DNA from: Chiloscyllium plagiosum
Taxonomy: Eukaryota
Assembly: GCF_004010195.1 (NCBI RefSeq)
Contig: NC_057760.1
Span: forward strand, 426,408-490,407
Direction of reading: 5' to 3'
DNA: 64,000 bases
The notes under the pieces are model-generated. The model was not told the DNA's origin. It made no database searches and saw nothing but the letters and a program-made list of their open reading frames with translations. Both the position numbers and the translations under genes were made by a program. Below, one piece after another: positions 1-11,208 of this stretch. Position 1 is the stretch's first letter, and each line of letters starts with the position of its first letter.

Positions 1-376
1 GTTAGGGTGGATTGGGCCATGCTAAATTGTCCCGTAGTGCCCAGGGATGTGCAGGTTAGGGTGGATTGGCCATGCTAAATTGTCCCGTAGTGCCCAGAGA
101 TGTGCAGGTTAGGGTGGATTGGCCATGCTAAATTGTCCCATAATGTTAGGTTCATTAGTCAGGGGTAAATACAGGGTAGGGGGATAGGTCTGGGTGGGTT
201 ACTCTTCAGAGGGTTGGTGTGGACTTGATGGGCCTGTTTGCATGTTGTACGGAATCTAAACATACCCCAGCGAGTTGTGACACAAAGTCATTTAGCAGCA
301 ACACTTGCGGCCATTACAAATTAACGTGTTTCACGAAGACCAGACTAACATGTATGTTATTTTGTATTCAATATAG

Positions 377-443
377 GTCGGACAGGATATAAACCCAGCT
401 TATGAAAATATCCTGAGGTACCTGGACTCTATAGCACATGCAG
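377..443 (+). CDS. CA14: Carbonic anhydrase 14, internal exon (67 nt; VGQDINPAYENILRYLDSIAHA)
   Basis: Boundaries are atatag|GTC and GCAG|gtaaga. The translation resembles the alpha-CA segment that precedes the GSLTTPPC exon, and it splices in frame to the exon at 3921. Confidence 0.85.
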
Positions 444-524
444 GTAAGACATCAGGAAGGGTTCAGGATTGACGCAGACCATGAACCAGATCCTCGCTAT
501 TAATCCTGTAGTCATCAGTCACTA

Positions 525-1180
525 TGATGTACAGCACAGAAACAGACCCTTCAGTCATAGAGTCATAGAGATGTACAGCACAGAAACAGACCCTTCAATC
601 ATAGAGTCATAGAGACGTACAGCACAGAAACAGACCCTTCAGTCATAGAGTCAAAGAAACGTACAGCACAGAAACAGACCCTTCAGTCATAGAGTCATAG
701 AGACGTACAGCACAGAAACAGTCCCTTCACTCATAGAGTCATAGAGACGTACAGCACAGAAACAGACCCTTCAGTCATAGAGTCATAGAGATGTACAGCA
801 CAGAAACAGACCCTTCAGTCATAGAGTCATAGAGCTGTACAGCATGGAAATAGACCCTTCAGTCCAACTCATCCGTGCCAACCAGATATCCTATATTAAT
901 CTAGTCCCATTTGCCAGCACCCGGACCATATCCCTCCAAACCCTTTTTATTCACGTCCCCATCCAGATGCCTTTTAAATGCTGCAATTGTACCAGCCTCC
1001 TCCACTTCCTCTGGCAGCTCATTCCATACACGCACCACCCTCTGCGTGAAAAAGTTGCCCCTCAGGTCCCTTTTAAATCTTTCCCCTCGCCCCCTACACC
1101 CATGCCCTCTGATTTTGGACTCTCCTCCTCTGGGGAAAGGATGTTCTTTGTTCACCCTATCCATGCTCCTCGTGGTTTCA
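525..1180 (-). mobile_element. HER1/CR1-type LINE 3' end with about 7 tandem copies of its terminal 44 nt
   Basis: ORF 901-1191 has the CR1 ORF2 C-terminal motif FFTQRVVRVWNELP. The unit catagagtcatagagatgtacagcacagaaacagacccttcagt is repeated. Confidence 0.85.
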
Positions 1181-1206
1181 GAAATCTCCATAACCAGTCA
1201 GACCCA

Positions 1207-2300
1207 CGTCTGTGGTGGGCAAAATTATTGGAGAGGATTCTGAGAGACAGGTTTTATGATTACTTGGAAAAGCATAGTTTGATTAGAGGTAGATGGAAAA
1301 TATTCAGCCTGGAGCTTGGTGACCAGTGATGTTCCACAGGGATCGGTTCTGGGAACCTCTGCTCTTTGTGATTTTTATAAACGACTTGGGTGAGGAAGTG
1401 GAAGGGTGGGTGAGTACGTTTGCCGATGACACGAAGGTTGGTGGAGTTGTGGATGGTCTGGAGGGCCGTTGTGGGTTGCAACGGGACATTGACAGGATAC
1501 AGAGCTCGGCTGATAATTGGCAGATGGACTTCAACTTGGAAAAGTGTGAAGTGATTCATTTTGGAAAGTCGAATTTGAACGCAGAATACAGGGTTAAAGG
1601 CAGGATTCTCGGCAGTGTGGAGGAACAGAGGGATCTTGGGGGTCCATAGATCCCTCAAAGTTGCCACCCAAGTTGATAGGGTTGTTAAGAAGGTGAACGG
1701 TGTGTTGGCTTTCATTAGCCGGTTGAGTTTAAAAGGCACGGGCTTACGCTGTAGCTCTCTAAAACCCTGGTTAGACCACACGCGGAATATTGTGTTCAGT
1801 CCTGGACGCCTCATTATAGGAAGGACGTGGAAGATTTAGAGAGGGTGCAGAGGAGATTTACCAGGATGCTACCTGGACTGGAGGGCACGTCTTACGAAGA
1901 AAGGGTGAGGGAGCTAGGGCTTTTCTCATTGGAGTGAAGAAGGATGAGGGGTGACTTGGCAGAGGTGTACAAGGTGATTACAGCCATAGATAGAGTGGAT
2001 AGCCAGAGACCTTTTTCCAATGGTGGAGATGTCTATCATGAGGGGGTATAATTTTAAGGAGATTGGAGGAAGGTTTAGGGGAGATGTCAGAGGTAGGTTC
2101 TTTACACAGAGAGTGGTGGGTGTGTGGAATGCACTGCCAACAGTGGTAGTAGAGTCAGAGACATTTGGGCACTTGAATAGGCACATGGATGATAGTACAA
2201 TGAAGGGAATGTAGGTTAGTCTGATCTTAGAGTAGGATAACAGGCCGGCACAACATCAAGGGCTGAAGAACCTGTACTGTGCTGTACTGTTCTACGTTGT
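1207..2300 (+). mobile_element. CR1-type LINE fragment, degenerate RT C-terminus
   Basis: PLLFVIFINDL...FADDTKVGG RT motifs with frameshifts; FFTQRVV tail. Confidence 0.9.
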
Positions 2301-3920
2301 ATAAAATCACCCCTCAGCCTCCAATGCTCCAGGGAAAACAGCCCCAGCCTATTCAGCCTCTATAGCTCTCAGACCCTCCAACCCTGGCCAACATCCTTGT
2401 AAATGTTTTCAGGTTGAACAACACTTTTCCTTTAGGGAGACCAGAACTGAACGCAGTATTCCAAAAGTGGCCTCTTGTTGACCTGGAAGGGCAGATGGAG
2501 GTGCCAGACGGAGATCTCCCCACTGGCAATGTAGCCCCCTCTCAGTACTGGTACTGGATGTGTGGGATAACAGGCTCCTGAGCAGGGGGGTCCTGTACCC
2601 GTCTAACTCAAAGAGGGGAATGGATAAAGAGAGAGTGCGGCCTACCGGCAATTAGAAGCAGGAGCAACAGTAGGCCATTCAGTCCCTCCAGCCTGCTGCA
2701 CTACTCGCTACGAATATGGCTCATCTGACATTCCTCCCACTTTCCTCCTCTTTCTCCCCGTAATCCTTGATTCCCCGACTCATCAAGAGTCAACACTCCT
2801 AAATATCCACACGGTCTCTGCACCCCATCACCCCACAGCTCTCTGTGGCAAGGTTCCATTCCCCCCTCGGGCGACTGTCTGTGTAGAGCTTACACATCCC
2901 CTCTCTTCCCCGTGTCTGCGTGGGTTCCCTCCGGGCGCTCCGGTTTCCTCCCACAGTCCAAAGATGTGCAGGTTAGGGTGGATTGGCCGTGCTAAATTGT
3001 CCCGTAGTGCCCAGGGATGTGCAGGTTAGGGTGGGTTGGCCATGCTAAATTGTCCCATAGTGCCCAGGGATGTGCAGGTGAGGGTGGGTTGGCTATGGGA
3101 ACTGCAGGGATAGGATCGGGGTCTGGGTCTGGGGTGGGATGTTCTTTGGGGAGGGCCGGTGTGGAATTGATGGGACGAAGGGTCTGCTTCCAAATTGTCC
3201 CATAGTGCCCAGGGATGTGCAGGTGAGGGTGGGTTGGCCATGGGAACTGCAGGGATAGGGTCGGGGTCTGGGTCTGGGTGGGATGTTCTTTGGGGAGGGC
3301 CGGTGTGGAATTGATGGGACGAAGGGTCTGCTTCCACACTGTCGGGATTCTACATTTCTGTGATGGTCTTCCAAAGATATCCAACGCTGTTCCCATGGCG
3401 TTGAGAGGGGAAAGATTGAAAAGGGACCTCAGGCAACATTTTCACGCAGAGGGTAGTTTGTGTATGGAACGGGCTGCGTGTATGGGCGAAGGTCGATACA
3501 ATGACAACATTTAACGGATGTTTGAAGAGGTACTTGGATGGGAATGGTTTCGAGCGTTTCGGGCCGAAAGCAGGAAAATTGGACCCGTTAGGTTTGGGAA
3601 TCCTGGTCGACATGGATGAGTTGGGCCGAAGGGTCTCCCTTCTGTGCTGTATGAGAGAAGGAATTCCTCTTCCACCTCAGTCGTACATTTATCCCGAGAC
3701 TGTTCCTGGACTCTTCCACAAAGGGAGAGAGAGAGACATCCTCTTAGCCTTGACCCTCAAGAATCCTCAGAGACGTCCTCTTAGCCTTGACCCTCAAGAA
3801 TCCTCAGAGACGTCCTCTTAGCCTCTTTCTCTTTCTTCGAAACTCCAGGGAGTAGAGGCCCAACCTATTCTAGCGTTTGCTCATCAGACTCAGTCGCTCC
3901 TCCTGTTCTTCTGTTCCCAG

Positions 3921-4078
3921 GTCAGGAGGTCACGATTCCTTCCTTCGATGTGCAGTCGCTGTTCCCCAAACAGTTGGACAAGTATTTCACGTACAGTGGC
4001 TCACTAACCACCCCACCTTGCTTCCAGCCTGTCCAGTGGATTGTTTTCCATCAGCTGGTGCGGCTCTCCCAGTCCCAG
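3921..4078 (+). CDS. CA14: Carbonic anhydrase 14, internal exon (158 nt; GQEVTIPSFDVQSLFPKQLDKYFTYSGSLTTPPCFQPVQWIVFHQLVRLSQSQ)
   Basis: Pyrimidine tract with ccag|GT acceptor and CAG|gtacgg donor. Contains the alpha-CA signature YxGSLTTPPC. The PKQL..YF.Y.GSLTTPPC.Q.V.W.VF pattern and the convergent position next to APH1A point to CA14. Confidence 0.9.
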
Positions 4079-4731
4079 GTACGGGTCAGCTATTGGCGGT
4101 GCAGCATTTTTAAGGCCAGTTCCAAAGGGATATCCATGTCATTACAGCCAGCCTGTCCAGTGGATTGTTTTCCATCAGCTGGTGCGGCTCTCCCAGTCCC
4201 AGGTACGGGTCAGCTATTGGCGGTGCAGCATTTAAGGCCAGTTCCAAAGGGATATCCATGTCATTACAGAGGTGTCCACGAGCCACTTCCTCACTGTGGG
4301 GGAAATAGCGCCCCAAGAGGAGATGTGTGGGGGTGGGGGGGGTGGAGTCTCAAGTAGCGTCCAAAGGCAGACTGATGTCTAGTGGTGGTGGGCTAATAAT
4401 GGCCGAGACCCCAGGCTAAGGCCAGGGGAGGTCTTGTGATGTTATCGCTGGGCGTTTAATCTAGAGAGGGAACAGGAATCGCTGGAAAAGCTCAGCAGGT
4501 CTGGCGGCATCTGTGGAGAGAAATCGGATTCACATTTACAGGTCCAGTGACCCTTCCTCAGAACTGGTGGTTTTTATGCGGAACGTAGGGTGCGGGGAAG
4601 GGACTAAGGAGAACAAAGCGAGAGAACAGTTGGGAAAACAGAGGAGTGGATAACCATCGTCCTGGGAGAAGGAATAGCTCCGAACGGGGACCATTAGTTA
4701 TCCGTGTTATCACATTCGCCCCATGTCTAGT

Positions 4732-5221
4732 GGTGACATGGTGGCTCAGTGGTTAGCGCCTCTGCCTCACGGTGCCAGGGACCTGGGTTCAATCCCCCCC
4801 TTGGGCAACTGTCTGTGTGGAGTTTGCACATTCTCCCCGTGTCTGTGTGGGTTTCCTCTGGGTGCTCCGGTTTCCTCCCACAGTCCAAAGATATGCAGGT
4901 TAGGGTGGGTTGGCCGTGCTAAACTGTCCCGTAGTGCCCAGCGATGTGCAGGTTAGGGTGGGTTGGCCATGCTGATTGTCCCGTAGTGCCCAGCGATGTG
5001 CAGGTTAGGGTGGATTGGCCATGCTGAATTGTCCCGTAGTGCCCAGCGATGTGCAGGTTAGGGTGGATTGGCCATGCTAAATTGTCCCATAGTGTCCGGG
5101 GATGTGCAGGTTAGATGGGTTCGCCATGGGATAGGGTAGTGGAGGTGGGTCTGGATGGGGTGATCACCAGAGGGTTGGTGTGCACTCGAAGGGCCTACTC
5201 CCACACTGTCGGGATTCTATG
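4732..5221 (+). mobile_element. HE1-like tRNA-derived V-SINE with an internal 53-bp module repeated about 4 times
   Basis: A box TGGCTCAGTGG, B box GGTTCAATCCC, V-domain (gtttgcacattctccccgtgtc...ccacagtccaaaga) and a LINE-like tail. Confidence 0.85.
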
Positions 5222-5426
5222 AAACATCGGAACAGGCCCTCGATGGGCTGTATTGTCTACTCCCGCTCCTTACTGGGCTGCTTAACCAAATATTATCGGG
5301 GAGAAAAATTCCAATAATCCAGTTATTTTCAGAACGCGGTTGGTGGGATCTTGCTGAATCCTGACTGGATGCGGAGGTGCTGTAGGTTTCCGGGCAGGAC
5401 TGACGCCGTTCTGTTCACCCCTTCAG

Positions 5427-5497
5427 GTTGGGCCGTCAACTTCCGCAGGGCCATGCGTAGCCTTCTGAGAACCCTAACGACAAAGTTCTACCAGTAA
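5427..5497 (+). CDS. Candidate CA14 terminal coding exon (phase 1: GWAVNFRRAMRSLLRTLTTKFYQ*)
   Basis: Good acceptor ttctgttcaccccttcag|. Phase 1 gives the longest frame and a strongly amphipathic helix. There is no transcript evidence, and the expected preceding exon is not visible. Confidence 0.4.
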
Positions 5498-8400
5498 ACC
5501 GCCACACCCCCCCACCCCCCCCCTCCAATCCCATTCCCCACCCACCCTCGACTTTGAAGCTCTCAGCGTTTACTCTGCCATGGCCGTGAAACGAGGAGAG
5601 CACTTTGTAGCCCACCGCCAATGATCCACACAGCAACAGCCATCTCCCCCCCCCCCACCACCCCACCCGGGCTCCGGTTTCTCCGTGGGGAAGCTCCCTA
5701 ATCCCGTCAACCTGCCCGCATGCCCCCCCTCCCCCGCCCCATCTTTCGGGGGAATATAAAAAGCGGAAAACGCCGCTGGGGAGCAACCCGGACTCCGATG
5801 GGACTTCGCAGGAGGAGATTCCATTCCGCGGGACTTGTGACCGCGGGCTTGGCACGCATCTCCTCGCCGAGGCGAAGCCGCAGCGGTGACAATTCCGGGT
5901 TACAGGCAGGCCCCGTCCGTTTCCCGGGGGTTGAGGCGTTTCGACTGGGGGAGGAATCGCGGCCCAACGTCCGTCTCCTCCAGAGGACGTGGGGCTCTGG
6001 GCTGCCTTCGATGGAACTTGGAATTTCGACATGGAAGCAACACCCTCATCTCGCCCTGGGGCCGCTCAGCAACCGACCGTGTTAAATCCAGCTTCAGTCA
6101 CAGAGCACAGAACGTAAGGAACGGGAGCAGGAGTAGGCCGTCTGGCCCCCTCGAGCCTGCTCTGCCATTCAATCAGATCATGGCTGATCTTTTCGAGGAC
6201 CCAGCTCCACTTACCCGCCCTCTCACCGTAACCCTCAATCCCTTTACCACTCCAAACTTGATCTTTGTCTTAAAAGCATTCAATGGGGAATCCTACAGAT
6301 TCCCAACCGTCTGGGTGAAGAGATTCCTCCTCAGCTCAGTCCGAAATCTGCTCCCCCCCCTTACGTTTGAGGTCAAGCCCCCCCCCCTCATTCTAGTTTC
6401 ACCCTCCAGCAGGAACAGCCTCCCTGTTACGATCTTATCTAGTCCCTTCGTCATTTTATAAGATCCCCCCTCATTCTTCTGAATTCCAATGAGCGCAGTC
6501 CCAGTCTATGTTTTATTTGGAATTTCCACCATGATATCTTAAATTAATCCAGAGTCCATTTGCCAACCTTTGGCCCATATCACTCCAAACCCTTCCCATT
6601 CATATACCCATCCAGACGCCTTTTAAATGTCATTGTACCAGCCTCCACCACTTCCTCTGGCAACTCATTCCATACACGTACCACGCTCTGTGTGAAAAAG
6701 TTGCCCCTTAGGTCTCTCATATCTTTCCCCTCTCACCCTAAACCTATGCCCCTCTAGTTCTGGACTCCCCTGCCCCAGGGAAAAGACTTTGCCTATTTAC
6801 CCTATCCATGCCCCTCATGATTTTGTAAACCTCTATAAGGTCAGCCCCACAGCCTCCGACGCTCCAGGGAAAACAGCCCCAGCCTCTCCCTGTAGCTCAA
6901 ACCCACCAACACTGCCTTTTAAATGCTGTAATGGTACCAGCCTCCACCACTTCGACTGGCAGCTCGTTCCATACATGCACCACCCTCTGCGAGAAAGAGT
7001 TACACCTTTTTAAAATCTTTCCTCTCTCACCTTAAGTCTATGCTGTCTTGTTTCGGACTCCCCTACCCTGAGGAAAAGAACTTGACGATATATTGATGGC
7101 CCCTTGGTGTGGTGCCTCTCATCTTCTCCATGCCACACATGAAGGCCTGTTGCACCTCTCCTGATAGTTGGCAGCTGTCTGTTCTGGTATCAGCCTCATA
7201 AATCTTTGCACCTCTCTCCAGTACGGCTGTGACAATGGGAAGACCAGAACTGTGCAGCATACGGGTATTTTATGACATACATAATCTGATGCCTTCTGAT
7301 TGCCACAGAAACACAAATAAAAGCTCATGTGAAAACAGTGGGAGGGGGTCCAAGTTTGTCTTTTGTCCCCTCGTCCCGGTCTCCAGACTTTCTGATCTTC
7401 AGCATTGGCAGCTCCCCTTGAGGACTGAGCAGGGGCAGATTTGCATTGCTGTAGCACCCCTGCCCAAAGACGCTCCCGCTACTTAACAACACAGCAGGGA
7501 GAAAGCTGGGGAACAGTCCTCAAGAGATCGTTCTTACAGAGGGGAGGTACAGACACAAGTCGAATGGCTGCGCTGTGGTTATTCTGTGAAGTTTATGACC
7601 TTTTGAAATTCTAGAACCCGACAGCTCCTGTTGTACAGGAAGTTGGCGAGGTCTCTTCAGGAGTAAAGTGCCCAGTTCTGGTCTCCCTGTTACAGGAAGG
7701 ATATTATTAAGCTGGAGAAAGTTCAGAAGAGATTTACCAGGATATTGCTGGGCATGGAAGGCCTGAGTTACAAAAGCTAGGTTGGGACTTTGTCCCCGGG
7801 GTGTAAGAGGTTGACAGGCAACCTTAATCAAAGCTCATAAAATCATGAGGGGTATTGAGAGAGTTGAAGCAGGTGTCCTATCCCCAGGATGGGGCGATTT
7901 CAAGACTAGGGGGCATACTTTTAAGTTGAGAGGAGAGAGACTTAAAAACAATGAGGGGCAATTTTTGAAAACACGTGGTTCCCGTGCGGAATGAACTTCC
8001 AGACGAAGTGGTGGATGTGGGTACAGTTACAACATTTAAAAGATATTTGGATGAGTAAATGGATAGGAAAGGTTTGGAAGGATATGGGCCAGGAGCAGGC
8101 AGATGGGACTAGTTTAGTTTGGGATTAGGTAGTGGTTAAGCGAAGTGTGTCTTTGCATGCAGGAGGTTTCATCTGAGCTCTGAACACGGTGACAGGGAAT
8201 TTGTACTGCAGTCGCCTGGTGGTACAGAACTTGAAGAGAGAACGAGAGAGAGAGAGAGAGAGAAAAAACAAGAAAACGAAAAAGAGAATGAGAAAGAGGG
8301 AGAACGAGACCAAGAGAGATAGAACGAGAAAATGAGAGACAGAAAACGAGTCAGTCAGACAGAGAGAGATGTCACTGAACCATTTTCCCCCTCATCAGGA

Positions 8401-9057
8401 CCAACACAAGAATACCAAATTCCAAACCATCACAACAATTTACACTATCAGGAGGATAAAGGTGCTGATTGGTTGGTAAGTTGACTCTGATTGGCCGGGC
8501 TGTTGACACGACAAAAGCAATGATCAAGCTCACAATGTGTCTTATTTACACTCACCCAGGGCGACACACATTTCACGCTCAGGGGCCAACTGTCTGCAAA
8601 TGAAAGAACTACGTTTGAGTCGCTAATTTTTTTTTAAACTACCCGGATGGTCGAGGCAAAAGGAGGGGGTGGTGGGGGATAGGCTGTGGTTGCTGTATCC
8701 AAAGCAACTGCTTTGGCCAATCAAGAGCCCCCCCCCCCCCCCCCAACAGGGTATAAATCATTGCAATCGTTTGAAATCTGGAATTCTTGCATTTGTCCTG
8801 ACGCCCTGAAGACAAAACTGGGGTTAAAAACCCTTCCGTTTTCAGCAAGATTTAAACAAGAAGGAGCAGGAAAACCGAACACGTGAAAGGAAGCTTTCGA
8901 GCACAAAAGCACTTCGGAAACGCGAAAGGGAAACACCTCAGCAAGCCCGCCATCATCCGTGAATTTCGAGAAGAGCTCACAGCCCTGAAACGCTCACTGT
9001 GTTTCTCACTCCCCAGACTCGCTGGTTATTTCCAAGCACTCTCGTGTGTGCGTGTTT

Positions 9058-9063
9058 TTTATT
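9058..9063 (-). terminator. Candidate APH1A polyadenylation signal (AATAAA)
   Basis: tttatt on + at the end of about 1.6 kb of repeat-free sequence after the APH1A stop. Confidence 0.5.
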
Positions 9064-10648
9064 GTTAATTTTATAGTATCCTTCGTGTGTTTTGGCTTGC
9101 AATGCTCGAGGAAGCCACCGCATGGGCCACTCGCACTTCCCCAATCCGGAAACAGAACAGGACAATGCCAGCCAAATAATTAAAGTATTGTATTTTTAAA
9201 TGAAATAACATTTGAGAGTAACGTGCAATGTCTTGCACAGAATCATCTTGTTACAACAAGACCCACATTATTCAAGCAAATACACAACGCCTCTTCGGTC
9301 ATTTGGAGTGGGCATTAAGAGAGTTCATCAATGCAGCTCTACAATTTAAAAAAAAAGACCTTATTTCCCAACCATTTGTGGTGAGGATGTTTCGCAATTT
9401 CTTTCCCCATCACGTACAGTGCTCACAGAACGATAGAAGGCTCTCTCCTTGCTTAATGTGTGACCACATTTCTCTCATGGGGCAGGATGACGCACAGGTC
9501 AGCAATCTCGGCCCTTTATCGGCTGAGGGAACCTGGGCTATTTACAGCTGCAACTCTCCCTTTCAAATGTCAGTCGTCCGTCTCACTAGGAGGGTCCGTG
9601 ACAAGCATCCTGAGGGAAAGCATTCCAGGATTGATGTACAGAAGCCTTTTTTTTGGGTGGGTGAGTGTTGGGGGGCAAAATGCTATTCTCGTTGCTTTTT
9701 AACCACCCCGGCCTGCCTTTAAACACAGCTCAGGGCTAGACACTGAGGTGAGGTCAGATATGGGGGGGGGGAAAAAACCTGCAAATTGTCAGGAGGTTCA
9801 GGCCTCGAGCAGTAGATAGAGAGAAACACTTGTAGATGACGGTTTTTTAAACTCCGCACAAGAGGGTAACAGTGGCCAACTTTTCTCTGTATAGTGAGAC
9901 CAACGCTTTTTATGGACCTCAGCACAGTACGGGAAAGAAACAGGGGATGACTTGGAAAACGGCTGTCCCGTCACACCTCACCCCCAAAACAGGTGGGGGA
10001 GAAGGATGGCAAATGCACCTTGCCTTTTAATTTTCAAACCCAGTGATTAGCTACCTACAAACATACGCTTCCTGCAGTAGTTTCGCTCGAAATGACGAGA
10101 GTTGGAGAGATCCACTTAATTAAGTTACACACAGGATAGAGAGAACCTTCCCTCTTGTTTGATCAGTCACAAAGTCCTGATAGGTTTAATTGGAATGATA
10201 TCGAAGTCCTATGGGAAAGCACAAAAGCAGGAGAGTAGCTCATGTGCTCGAGTCCAGCCCCTTGCCTTTTGGTTAAAGAGATTAGGAAATAATAAGAGAT
10301 GACAAAAACAAACATTGCACATGCGCACACCCATGCTAATGGAGTATTGCACCATAATGGGAGTTTGAAAAAAAAAATCAAAAAAGTTCCATAATGTGTT
10401 CAGTAGTCAATTTTGTTCCGCAAGACGTTCAATTTCTTCTTCCAGTGGACACACCAAGTCGGTTAACGTGAGGTAATCGCTACTGGGGCCTCTCCCGCTG
10501 TCTGCCTCACAACGAGCACCCCGTCTGACATGTGCAACAACTGACTGCTGTCCGAGCTCTGTGCTCGTCTGGCGGGCCAGTGCCCAGGGTAAGGCAGGGG
10601 GATGGGGTCTGAGCAGAGGGGGACGCTGCCGAGTGCTCGGACTGACCC

Positions 10649-10713
10649 TCAATCCTCCGCTGGTGGCTGGAGAGCTGAATAGACCAGAATGTGGGGGTCA
10701 GACTCCTGCTTGC
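10649..10713 (-). CDS. APH1A: APH1A exon 7 (long-isoform C-terminus CKQESDPHILVYSALQPPAED*)
   Basis: tttcag|GC acceptor; stop TGA at 10649-10651. Resembles the mammalian APH1aL tail (..VYSAL..P.ED). Confidence 0.9.
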
Positions 10714-10868
10714 CTGAAACACAAACAACGGGCTCAAATGAGAGAGTGAGCGAGCGAGCGAGAGAGCTCGAGAGAGAGCGACAGACGAAACAAAGAAACC
10801 AAGTCACGAAAGGCATGGGGCACGCAGGGGTACTGAGAGGGGAAAGCACAAGCACCAGGTGTACCTAC

Positions 10869-10992
10869 ATGTGGCACAGCGCCAGATATTCCGCATTGAT
10901 CCCCCTGCCGTCGAAAAGGCCCATCCTCCCGTGGCGATCGTGATGGCGTAGATCAGAGGGAGGCTCCACTCGTACCGAGGATTCAAGAATGT
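10869..10992 (-). CDS. APH1A: APH1A exon 6 (124 nt; TFLNPRYEWSLPLIYAITIATGGWAFSTAGGSMRNIWRCAT)
   Basis: cccag|ACA acceptor and T|gtaggt donor; APH1 TM7 similarity. Confidence 0.93.
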
Positions 10993-11208
10993 CTGGGAAC
11001 AACGGCAGGAAGGAGGAGAGGGGTCAGTTGCAGGGCTGTAGCACGGAGGTAGTGAGGAACACTTCACGCGTTCGCCCACCTGAGGTCTTTGCCCACAGGA
11101 TGGCCAGTCCTCGTCCGCAGTGAGGTTTCACTTCCACTCCGGAAACACGGTCTCAATTGATTCAAGCGATTACATTCTTATTGAAGAGTTAGAACATGGC
11201 GGGCAGGT

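Noticed and set aside
4481..4550. LEKL... frame as the missing CA14 exon
   Set aside because: It lies within a Penelope-like repeat terminus, has no acceptor and lacks QPLNxR; the match is coincidental.
4732..4800. tRNA-like A/B-box sequences as tRNA genes (also near 27600, 44200, 52690)
   Set aside because: They are SINE heads followed by a V-domain and LINE tail, without a complete cloverleaf.
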